From contig JACPHU010000002.1 of NCBI GenBank assembly GCA_016188495.1, positions 111,466 through 175,465 on the forward strand: a stretch of DNA of 64,000 nucleotides. Reading direction: 5' to 3'. The notes beneath the pieces were generated by a model. That model was not told the DNA's origin, searched no databases, and saw only the letters and a list, made by a program, of their open reading frames with translations. A program made the translations under genes and the position numbers. Positions within the stretch are counted from its first letter, which is position 1. Each line of letters opens with the position of its first letter. Positions 50,289-58,689 of this stretch are shown here, piece after piece. The stretch is from Candidatus Uhrbacteria bacterium. GTDB lineage: Bacteria; Patescibacteriota; Patescibacteriia; UBA9934; GWF2-40-263.

Positions 50289-51293
50289 ATGGAAAAAAAG
50301 CTTGTTGCCAATAAGGCCGTCATCGTGAATCCTCAGGGGAAAATTTTGCTTGTTCGTGATGCGGGAAAATTTGATCATACACAGGCGTTGGGAAAATGGG
50401 ATTTTCCTGGTGGACGGATGGATGCGTTGGAATCTCCTCAAGAAGGATTGTTACGTGAACTGAAAGAAGAAGTAGGATTTGACCCTCATCAGGTTCACAT
50501 TCAACAGCCACTTCAGATTGGTTTTTGGGGGATGGGGGGCGATATTCAACAGAATCCAGTCGTGGGGATTTTTTATCTCGTCCGTTTGTTGGGGGAAGTC
50601 GAGATTGTGTTATCAGAGGAACATACGGAATTTTTTTGGTTTGATCCAAAACAGACGATTCCTAATGATGTGTGGCCTCGAGTATCTGAAGCGATAGAAG
50701 CGTATCGAAGACAAGAGGGGATTGCCGTGGCATCTGACGCACAGGTGAAAGGCTACCAAGGGTATGGTCTTATTCAGCTGTTTACAGGAAATGGAAAAGG
50801 GAAAACCACCGCGGCTTTAGGAGAAGTCTTACGTGCTGTTGGGGCTGGAAAAAAGGTAGGAATCGTCTTTTTTGATAAAGGGGGAGAGACTCATTATTTT
50901 GAACGTAAAATGATTGATCAGATAGAGGGGATTGATTACGTTGCCACGGGCCGCGATCGAATCGATCCGGTGACCGGACGATTTGATTTTTCTATTCAAG
51001 AAATTGATAAACAGGAAGGAAAACGAGGATTAGAAGAGATTCGTCGAATGTTTAAAGAAGGATGTGATTTGGTTGTGATGGACGAGATTAATTCAAGTGC
51101 AGATTTGGGCATTGTTTCTATCGAAGAGGTTTTGAGTGTTCTGGATGAAAAACCTAAACAAACAGAACTCATTATGACAGGGCGCAATGCTCCCGAAGCA
51201 TTCCTCACTCGTGCTCATCTTGTGACGGAAATGCGTTTGCGCAAGCATTATTTTTATTCAGGCGTAAAAGCACGCGAAGGGTTGGATTATTAG
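50289..51293 (+). CDS. NUDIX hydrolase fused to cob(I)alamin adenosyltransferase (CobA/BtuR)
   Basis: FPGGRMDALESPQEGLLRELKEEVG; GLIQLFTGNGKGKTTAALG, MDEI, TGRNAP, KHYF..G.KAREGLDY. Confidence 0.88.
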   Translation: MEKKLVANKAVIVNPQGKILLVRDAGKFDHTQALGKWDFPGGRMDALESPQEGLLRELKEEVGFDPHQVHIQQPLQIGFWGMGGDIQQNPVVGIFYLVRLLGEVEIVLSEEHTEFFWFDPKQTIPNDVWPRVSEAIEAYRRQEGIAVASDAQVKGYQGYGLIQLFTGNGKGKTTAALGEVLRAVGAGKKVGIVFFDKGGETHYFERKMIDQIEGIDYVATGRDRIDPVTGRFDFSIQEIDKQEGKRGLEEIRRMFKEGCDLVVMDEINSSADLGIVSIEEVLSVLDEKPKQTELIMTGRNAPEAFLTRAHLVTEMRLRKHYFYSGVKAREGLDY

Positions 51294-51329
51294 AAAGCTG
51301 GGTATGTGAGGATGAATGTTAGACACTCG

Positions 51330-52595
51330 TTATTGTAATAACAACGTGGCTAATCCCAGAAAGAACAGAAATCCAAGGACATCGGTAGCAGTGGTAATAA
51401 AGATCGTGGCTGATGTGGCAGGATCTTTTCCTAATTTTTTCATCATGAGCGGAACGAGCGTTCCAAAAAAAGCAGAGACAACCAAATTAGTAATCATGGC
51501 CAGACCAAGAATCAAAGCAATAAGAACGTCATGGTTAAAGACCATAACAATCACCGCCACGATTAAGCCGTTAATCAGTCCGTTGGTAAATCCGGCAATC
51601 AGTTCTCGTTTAAGCGTTGGCCACGCGCTTTGCAGATCAATTTGATTCATGGCAATTCCACGGACAAGAACAGCGAGTGTCTGAGTTCCAGCATTTCCTC
51701 CCATTCCGGCAACAATAGGCATATAGACGGCGAGGAGCACGTATTTACTAATCGTATCTTGAAATAAGCTTACAATGGAAGCTGCAAAGAATGCTGTTCC
51801 AAGGTTGATCATGAGCCATTTGTATCGAAAACGAATTTTACTTGGCGCTGAATCAAGAACGGATTCTTCTTTGTCGATTCCTGCAAACTGATAAAGGGAA
51901 GAAGCTGTTTTGTCATCAAGATTCCTTAAGACGGAGTCAGCATAAATGATTCCCAACACATTGCCTTCCCGGCTCAAAACAGCGACTTTATTGTGTGACT
52001 GTTTTTTGAATGCTTGGAGCACTTCCTCTCGTGAGGCTTGGTGTCTGATGGTGGGTAGAGGTCGAACAAATGTTTTGATGGGATCGGTGGGGGAACCGAG
52101 CCCAAGTGCATGGCCAGGGAGCTGACCAATCAGTTTTCCCTGTCTCATGACAACTATGGTAGGGAGGCGTCCTGTTTTTTGTTCATGCGTTTTAAATCGT
52201 CTTGCGGCCTGTGCGATGGTATCCATTTCCTCTATTTGGATGTAATTGAGATTCATCAAACCTGCAGCGGTTTGGGGATCAAATTCAGAAAGAAAGGTGA
52301 TTTGTTCCTGGAAGGTTTTATTCAGGGCAGTGATTGCATTTTTTTGTTTGGATGTTGGAAGAAGTTGAACAAGATCTGCCGCCTGGTCAGGATCAAGGTG
52401 TTCAAGGATATCCGCGAGCTCATCCCGAGAAAGTTGTTTTAACAAATCTCGAGTCACGTCTTTGCTTAAACATAAGAGCACGTTCACTCGTTCATCGTGA
52501 GAGAGATTCAAAAAACGTTTGAGACGATCTTTAGGATGAAAGCTGATATCACGAACAGCTTCAGGGCATTGGATATTTGAAATGGGTTCAGACAT
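51330..52595 (-). CDS. mgtE: Magnesium transporter MgtE
   Basis: MgtE-N, CBS pair (TAAGLM), AGMGGNAGTQT, DPATSA, TTATDVLGF. Confidence 0.93.
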   Translation of the reverse strand: MSEPISNIQCPEAVRDISFHPKDRLKRFLNLSHDERVNVLLCLSKDVTRDLLKQLSRDELADILEHLDPDQAADLVQLLPTSKQKNAITALNKTFQEQITFLSEFDPQTAAGLMNLNYIQIEEMDTIAQAARRFKTHEQKTGRLPTIVVMRQGKLIGQLPGHALGLGSPTDPIKTFVRPLPTIRHQASREEVLQAFKKQSHNKVAVLSREGNVLGIIYADSVLRNLDDKTASSLYQFAGIDKEESVLDSAPSKIRFRYKWLMINLGTAFFAASIVSLFQDTISKYVLLAVYMPIVAGMGGNAGTQTLAVLVRGIAMNQIDLQSAWPTLKRELIAGFTNGLINGLIVAVIVMVFNHDVLIALILGLAMITNLVVSAFFGTLVPLMMKKLGKDPATSATIFITTATDVLGFLFFLGLATLLLQ

Positions 52596-52667
52596 AAGCG
52601 TTAAAGAAATTATAATGTATTCAATCAAAACAAAAAACCTCGTACCAAGACGAGGTTTTTATATAGG

Positions 52668-52931
52668 TTACTCAAGAGAAATGATCTGTAAACCTTTTTC
52701 TTTGATTTGATCTTCAGGCCAAAAAAGTTTGTCTATCTGGAATGTTCCAACATACGTCACCATTTTTTCTATTACTCTTCCCGTATAGGATTGAGTTTCA
52801 GGATCCCATTCTTCCAACAGAAGAATATCACCCTCATTGATTTCAAAGTCATTCAAACGCAATTCGTATTTCTTTTTTCCAGAAAGGATCGCTTCAAAAT
52901 AAACAGGCCAGACCTTTTTCTTGATCGTCAT
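52668..52931 (-). CDS. ASCH/DUF3850 domain protein
   Basis: KVWPVYFEAILSGKKKYELR..D...GDILLLEEW....YTGR. Confidence 0.85.
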   Translation of the reverse strand: MTIKKKVWPVYFEAILSGKKKYELRLNDFEINEGDILLLEEWDPETQSYTGRVIEKMVTYVGTFQIDKLFWPEDQIKEKGLQIISLE

Positions 52932-53034
52932 AGAATAGATCGTTAAACAGATTTGATCCCTTTAATTTATCACCGTTCTTTTAAAAGAAAAATACCGACG
53001 AGTTCATCCTAGAGGGTAAGGATGGACCTGTCGG

Positions 53035-54150
53035 TTAAGGATTCTTTCTGTTTTTTTTCATGAGCTGACGAAGCCTCATGAATTGTTCTATTTCACCGGT
53101 CATTCCTGCTATTTGCGGAAAATCAGTAGGAACTTTTTGCGCAAATTGAGGCTCAAGTTCGATTAACGATACCCCAGAACCTTCAAGATCCAGCATGGGA
53201 TAGGCACCATAAGCAATACCAAACGATCCCTGCTGTGTTTGAACTTTGTAGTAAGTGAACGCTCTGGCAATATCATCGACCGTTTCATCCTCCTCTTCAT
53301 TCAGATTCGCTGTTATCCCGTGTCGCAGATGTTCCGGGAGAGTCGTACGATTCACGGAAATATTTTTAAAACCGCTTGATTCCAATATTTCCTTTATACC
53401 CTCGATCGTTTCTCGCTCCTGCTCTTTGATTCGTTCTGCGTTAAGTTGTCTGAAACATTCCCCGTGATAGAAACGTTCAACATATATATTCAGACGATCT
53501 TCAGATTGAACGACATGAGTTGTCGTCACTTCACGCCAACCCCTCTGCTCTGCCGTAGAGAGGTATTGTTTCACATTGGTATCTACCCATTGAGGATTCT
53601 GTATGTCTATTGGATCGCTCAGACTTCGGAGTGCATCTGTTTGAGCAGATAGCTCTTCTTTTACCTGAGAAAGAGTTTTTCCTGCAAACAAAGAGAGTTC
53701 CAACTCCTCAAAACATCCCTCTGCATCAACGTCGTGACAAGTGAGCAGATCCCAACCTTTGCCACATCTAGCACAGATCATGTGCGGAGGCGGCAGCGGA
53801 AAGCTGGGTGTCATCCCAATGATGGATTCATAGACGGAGTAAGGACTTTTTTCCAGCCGCATCTCTACATGTTCATTGAGAAACCTATCGAATTCTTCAT
53901 CGGTCATAACGTTGGGCATTGCGTTACGATCTGAACCGGTAAAGATCTTTCGATGAAGTCGAGAACACTGACCAAACTCATCAGAACGATATCGTCCAAG
54001 AAGAATGAACGGTTCTAAGGTGCCATATTCTTCACCCTCCGTTCCGTCAGATTTATAACCTCCTTTTTCGTTTCGCAAATGCATGAGAGCGTAGAAGGTT
54101 TCATAAGACGAAAGCTGTGAAGTGATACCTTCTTTCGTGTTGTGATTCAC
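53035..54150 (-). CDS. Hypothetical protein with putative Zn-binding motifs
   Basis: 371 aa, AAAGGAG SD, CARC..W and H.EC motifs. Confidence 0.7.
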   Translation of the reverse strand: MNHNTKEGITSQLSSYETFYALMHLRNEKGGYKSDGTEGEEYGTLEPFILLGRYRSDEFGQCSRLHRKIFTGSDRNAMPNVMTDEEFDRFLNEHVEMRLEKSPYSVYESIIGMTPSFPLPPPHMICARCGKGWDLLTCHDVDAEGCFEELELSLFAGKTLSQVKEELSAQTDALRSLSDPIDIQNPQWVDTNVKQYLSTAEQRGWREVTTTHVVQSEDRLNIYVERFYHGECFRQLNAERIKEQERETIEGIKEILESSGFKNISVNRTTLPEHLRHGITANLNEEEDETVDDIARAFTYYKVQTQQGSFGIAYGAYPMLDLEGSGVSLIELEPQFAQKVPTDFPQIAGMTGEIEQFMRLRQLMKKNRKNP

Positions 54151-54266
54151 GTCTTCTCCTTTATTTCATTGGCTATGAACATGCAACACAATAAAGCATT
54201 ATCAAAAAATATTTAAAATGTCAATGGATTGTAAACAAAAATATCCTACTGTCCATATTTTCGGAC

Positions 54267-54614
54267 TCATTTTGTAAAACTATTTATCAGGCCGGATAAC
54301 AATCTCGAAACTTCTTCTAGATTTGTTTTCAAACCAGCTAGTTCTTTATTTTCGATTATTTTTTCATCACAAAGTAATTCCAATAAAGAGGCGCATTCAA
54401 AAACTGATCCACGAGAAATGACGTAAAAATTCTTACGGTCTTGTTTAGATAATTTACCTGTACCTTCCGCGATATTTATGACCATACTGACAGAGGCTCG
54501 ATAAAGTTGGTCTCGCAAAAAAGCATTGGTCTTTTTATCAATCAATATTTTCTGAATTTTTGCGTTTACTTCTTTGGCTTTTTGGTAAGCTACAAGTTTT
54601 TCAAAGTCGAACAT
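54267..54614 (-). CDS. Four-helix-bundle protein (23S rRNA IVP / Avd-like family)
   Basis: FEKLVAYQKA, DQLYRASVS...NIAEG, ISRGSVFEC. Confidence 0.9.
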   Translation of the reverse strand: MFDFEKLVAYQKAKEVNAKIQKILIDKKTNAFLRDQLYRASVSMVINIAEGTGKLSKQDRKNFYVISRGSVFECASLLELLCDEKIIENKELAGLKTNLEEVSRLLSGLINSFTK

Positions 54615-54628
54615 AATTCTGGAAAATA

Positions 54629-54668
54629 CTAGATTCTAGAATCTAGAGTCTAGTAACTAGATTCTAGT
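54629..54668. repeat. 7-bp tandem repeat (CTAGnnn x about 6)
   Basis: CTAGATT CTAGAAT CTAGAGT CTAGTAA CTAGATT CTAGT, then palindrome CCCGCCAAAGGCGGG. Confidence 0.85.
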
Positions 54669-54684
54669 CCCGCCAAAGGCGGGC

Positions 54685-54761
54685 TGGTCGGGCTAGTGGG
54701 ACTTGAACCCACGGCCTCCAGACCCCCAGCCTGGCGCTCTAGCCTACTGAGCTATAGCCCG
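54685..54761 (-). tRNA. tRNA-Pro(GGG)
   Basis: CGGGCTA acceptor, CCAGG-CTGGGGG-TCTGG, GGTTCAAGTCC, CCA. Confidence 0.94.
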
Positions 54762-54765
54762 ATAT

Positions 54766-54892
54766 GAAGTTCTTCTAAAACTTGCGATCTTGCCTTTCAC
54801 GGGGCCCCATTGGCTTGTCGCCGTATGGCGAATACGGCTCTGTCGCCAATTTCCCCGTTCAAGGCAATCTCATCAAGTTTTAGAAGAACTTC
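54766..54892 (+). mobile_element. Hairpin element in pre-tRNA-Pro leader
   Basis: 19-bp perfect IR GAAGTTCTTCTAAAACTTG; family motifs; 4 nt from tRNA 5' end. Confidence 0.72.
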
Positions 54893-54978
54893 TTTCGTTG
54901 CGATCATACGATGTTTTTATCAATTCATCAACAATTATTTTCTTCTTTTTTTCAAATTTCTGTTAATATAAGCCTCAT

Positions 54979-57900
54979 ATGAGACGTGAGGGTGAAGCTT
55001 TACATGATCGTGAATCAGCTAAAAAACAAGAAATTTCTTTTTCTGATATTCAGGATGATTTAACTTCTGTATTGGTCAGTCAACGCGAGTTTGTTTCTAG
55101 ACAGGAGTCAGATCGTCTTCCCGAACTTATTTTAGATGAATCTGCGTTTGATCAGTTATCCCAATCTCAACGTACCGCGGTTGAACAAAATGTACGATTA
55201 CTTTCATTGTTATCTGGACATCGGGGAAGCATGCTTCGACGTCAGTTAAAGTCTCTTCAAAATCCATCCGTGGCTAAACTCGCTCAATTATTGGAGTGGT
55301 CCAATAGCGTTGTAAAAAGTGGAGTTTTTTCTTTTGATGAAACAATAACCACACCGCCTTCTGATTTTTTACAAAAGAAAAAGGATCCACGTGAGCTGTA
55401 TGAATATGTACTAGCCGCTTCCGCGATGGGTGAGGAAGAGTCAGTTAATCCAGAAGCGCTTTCTGAAACCATCCGTCGAAGTTTGCATTTGGCGCCTGGA
55501 AAAGGTGATGCGGATATCAATAAGGTGTTGTTTGGCGATCGGTCTAAAGAGATAAAAGTTGTTTTAGACACCTTAGGATTTATTCCTCGCCAGCTTTATA
55601 AATATCCCTCTTTCAGAATACTTGAGCCTGCACAGGTTATTGCTGCTGAGCGCCAACTTCGAGAAATAGAGCAGTCTCATCCTTCATTGCGTCATCAAGC
55701 CCGCGAGGAACGTACCCAGGTCACTCAAGCATTATTTACCAGTGGCATTGCAAAGAAATTACGAACAGGCGGAACAGATACCCGATACGTGACCTTGGAC
55801 TCAAACGGTGTCCGCATTCATTTTGACGGACGTGTTTCTGGAAAAGGGAAATCCCTTTTAGACCGTCCATTTGTGGCGCATATTCCCTACGGTCTTTTAT
55901 CGGATGAATGTGTTTCAGAATTAGAAAAGCATTGGCTTCAAACAGAAGCTGAAGGATTAGAATTACGGCTTCGTCGAGCTCAAGAGAATTATGACATCCC
56001 AGAGAGCCGCGCCAAAAAAGAGCATCAAGTTTCTGCTTTTGCTGACACCTTGGGTTTAACCAAAGAAACTCCGGAATTGACGTATCAAGCCTTTAAAAAA
56101 GAACTTGTTGAATTTCCTGATCGTTTTGCAAAACGCGTTTTAGACAGCGGTGAGATCATTCCAGATCAGCTGCTTGAACGATTGTTTGCAGATATGCAGG
56201 AGAAGGGGATCTTTGTTTCCATGCGGTTTGCGGAGGCAGTCACGGCTTTCATTTCCACAGAAGCTCTTTCGAATAAACGATTGTTTCTTCAGCACGGTAT
56301 TAAAGATAACCAAAAACAAACGTATCAAGCTCGCGCCCGAGTCATGAGCGACCCTCGTTATTACAATGCCCTAAAAATTGTCCGTTCGGTTCTTGTACAG
56401 CACCCTTACTCCGATCCTGAAAAACAGTTTTTGGTTTTTCGCGGACAATATAAAAAATCCAACGAAGGCCGTCAGCATACCTTTTTAGAAGTTGTTCATG
56501 AGGGTCAGATGGCAAAGGTGTTAGTCGATGAACAAAAGGAGTTTAAATCAGATCAGTTAGAACGCACACCTGTGTTTTCTCGAGAAGTATATGAAGAGTT
56601 GGAAGAAAGTTTAGTGGCTTTTGATTATTTTCTTGGACGGATTGATCAGATGCGACGGCTTGTCCGTTATAAAAACAAACACTGGGAAACAAAATTTCGT
56701 GAAGACATGAAAGAGGTGGAGATTTTTGTGCTCACCAATGTCAGTCATCGATATAAAGACCTTCGTGTTCTTATTGATCGATTGCAAACCCAAGAGATGC
56801 CTGAAGAAACTCTTTTGTCTTTTTTCTACGTTCTTCAACAGACACAAGAAGAGTATCGAACGTTTCTCTACCAAGGCGCTACGCCGGAACTCATCGGTTT
56901 CCGAGATTTTTTTCGTCCAAGTGTTCGAGTGCAGGAAATTGAGTATGGCCAAGAATTTTTATCTTTAGCAACACGGATGTGTCCTGAGTGGGGGGTTGAT
57001 AAAGAATTGAGTACAGAATCTCAACCTATTCGTGTGATTGCCTTGAATCATCTTATTCAACATCCATCAGAAACAATCCCTGTCGATGTTGAAGAGGCTG
57101 TGTTAGATAAATTACGTGTAAATCGTAATCGTCCTTTGATCAACGTGGTAGGTGGTTGTAAGTTTGTCGCTGGAATGGAGAATCCTGAAGACCATCCGCT
57201 TAATAAAATGAGTTTAGCTGTGCTAAACGTTGCTCACGAAGTAAAAGCCAATGTCGCTGTTCCTGGGACACAGTCTGGAATCGGAGTGTACTTTGGACAA
57301 CAAAATGTGAGATACCGACGAACCACAGATCATTTTCCGTTTAAAGAACGTGCACATCTCTTTTCTATTTCCACCGGTGGGAATACCGTTTATCCAGAGA
57401 ATCCTTGGATGGAAAAGACAGATCCATCCGAACGATATGCTGTGGCGCCAGTGGACACAGTTGTCACACCTATTACGGCTTTATGGGAAGCTAAAGGGAA
57501 GGAGCGTTTAAGAGGTTACGATCTTCATATTGTTTATATGGAGTCATTGTTTGCTCGTATTAGTAAAGAGCAGCCTCGTGTCCTGGTAGCGGGCAACGGT
57601 GGTATTTTTTCTATTTTGGAAATTAATGAGTCCATCAAGCATGGGTTTGATATTCTTCTGATCGAAGATTCTGGTCGTTTTGCAGAAGCAGCTTCAGCGG
57701 TTATGAGAGAAATCGACCACTTACCAGATCCAGAGGATCCAGGATTTGATGAACATGTGCGTTTATTGTTGCAGGCTACACTTCCAACGGATGTTATGAA
57801 AGAATTTTTTAAAAAGGATTTTGGAGAGACAACACCTCCTCAAGGAGATCTGAAAGAAAATTACGAGGTGTTTCGAGATCATTTTCGACGATTCGTTGTC

Positions 57901-57987
57901 TTAGCAAAGCAATTTCCTAACAAAGTTCATGTGACTCATCTGGATTCACTTGAAAGAGATATACGGACGTTTGTCACACCTCCTTAA
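54979..57987 (+). CDS. Large protein with C-terminal SLOG domain of TRPM/LSDAT type
   Basis: RPLINVVGG, VPGTQSGIG, PRVLVAGNGG..SILEINESI, LLIEDSGRFAE; N-terminal about 700 aa unassigned. Confidence 0.7.
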   Translation: MRREGEALHDRESAKKQEISFSDIQDDLTSVLVSQREFVSRQESDRLPELILDESAFDQLSQSQRTAVEQNVRLLSLLSGHRGSMLRRQLKSLQNPSVAKLAQLLEWSNSVVKSGVFSFDETITTPPSDFLQKKKDPRELYEYVLAASAMGEEESVNPEALSETIRRSLHLAPGKGDADINKVLFGDRSKEIKVVLDTLGFIPRQLYKYPSFRILEPAQVIAAERQLREIEQSHPSLRHQAREERTQVTQALFTSGIAKKLRTGGTDTRYVTLDSNGVRIHFDGRVSGKGKSLLDRPFVAHIPYGLLSDECVSELEKHWLQTEAEGLELRLRRAQENYDIPESRAKKEHQVSAFADTLGLTKETPELTYQAFKKELVEFPDRFAKRVLDSGEIIPDQLLERLFADMQEKGIFVSMRFAEAVTAFISTEALSNKRLFLQHGIKDNQKQTYQARARVMSDPRYYNALKIVRSVLVQHPYSDPEKQFLVFRGQYKKSNEGRQHTFLEVVHEGQMAKVLVDEQKEFKSDQLERTPVFSREVYEELEESLVAFDYFLGRIDQMRRLVRYKNKHWETKFREDMKEVEIFVLTNVSHRYKDLRVLIDRLQTQEMPEETLLSFFYVLQQTQEEYRTFLYQGATPELIGFRDFFRPSVRVQEIEYGQEFLSLATRMCPEWGVDKELSTESQPIRVIALNHLIQHPSETIPVDVEEAVLDKLRVNRNRPLINVVGGCKFVAGMENPEDHPLNKMSLAVLNVAHEVKANVAVPGTQSGIGVYFGQQNVRYRRTTDHFPFKERAHLFSISTGGNTVYPENPWMEKTDPSERYAVAPVDTVVTPITALWEAKGKERLRGYDLHIVYMESLFARISKEQPRVLVAGNGGIFSILEINESIKHGFDILLIEDSGRFAEAASAVMREIDHLPDPEDPGFDEHVRLLLQATLPTDVMKEFFKKDFGETTPPQGDLKENYEVFRDHFRRFVVLAKQFPNKVHVTHLDSLERDIRTFVTPP

Positions 57988-58024
57988 TATTCCCTGAGCG
58001 AGGAGTCATCGACGAGTCGAAGGG
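57988..58024. repeat. REP-like palindrome
   Basis: TATTCCCTGAGCGAGGAGTCATCGACGAGTCGAAGGG; second copy at 17591. Confidence 0.75.
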
Positions 58025-58039
58025 GCATTGAAATTAAAT

Positions 58040-58227
58040 AACCACCAGATCCCGAAGGAGTCTGGTGGTTTTCGTTTTTTGCCTCCCTATACCCCGGGTG
58101 GCGGACCACGTTACTCGCAAGCAACATGGTGAGGGGTGAGTTGATGAGCCGCAGCTCTTCAACTCTCGAAGTCCTTAACCGCAGTTTTGGACCTCGGCCC
58201 TCTCTCCACCCGTAGGTGAGGAGAAGG
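58040..58227 (-). ncRNA. Candidate structured RNA: array of UNCG-tetraloop hairpins ending in a terminator
   Basis: Minus-strand hairpins capped by UACG, UGCG, UGCG, UGCG, UUCG; G-U pairs only on the minus strand. Confidence 0.6.
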
Positions 58228-58689
58228 CTAGCTATTGATCAGATCGATTGACTTCTGGACGGCACTGGTCATGCTGTCGCAGATATACACGTTGGGGTAA
58301 TCCTTGACCAGATCGCTCAGATACGACCGCATCCGGTTGGCATCCTTGAGATCTCGACCCAGAACCTCCTGGTTCTCGATCACGGTTCCCATCGGAATAT
58401 TCTCGATGGAGAGAACGACCGTTCGCCCGTCGGCTCCATACTTGAGAGCTTCCATGATCGAAACGCCGGCGCGAGTCTGTCCGTCGATGACGAACAGGAG
58501 CACCTTTGCCTCATCCTTGGCCGCGGCTTCGATTGCCACCAGTTCCGGTGACCAGTCGTCGACCTGGGGGTTGTAGAAGCTCACTCCAGCTTCTTCCAGC
58601 GTCGGAATGGCATAATCGAACCGCCAGGTGGTCGGGTTGCACGAGCCACCGAGAAACACAGAAGCATTCGAACCAGTAGCATTCTTCAT
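58228..58689 (-). CDS. Nucleoside 2-deoxyribosyltransferase-like protein (Raw-type)
   Basis: VFLGGSCNPTTWR, FYNPQVDDW, E...K..A..LLFVID.QTR...S..E; start at ATG 58689 after AAGGA. Confidence 0.85.
   Translation of the reverse strand: MKNATGSNASVFLGGSCNPTTWRFDYAIPTLEEAGVSFYNPQVDDWSPELVAIEAAAKDEAKVLLFVIDGQTRAGVSIMEALKYGADGRTVVLSIENIPMGTVIENQEVLGRDLKDANRMRSYLSDLVKDYPNVYICDSMTSAVQKSIDLINS

Noticed and set aside
54267-54614. Diversity-generating retroelement (Avd-like gene)
   Set aside because: No reverse transcriptase and no TR/VR pair seen in the window
58040-58689. Retron (NDT effector plus ncRNA)
   Set aside because: No RT gene nearby and no a1/a2 msr-msd layout recognised; kept only as an analogy
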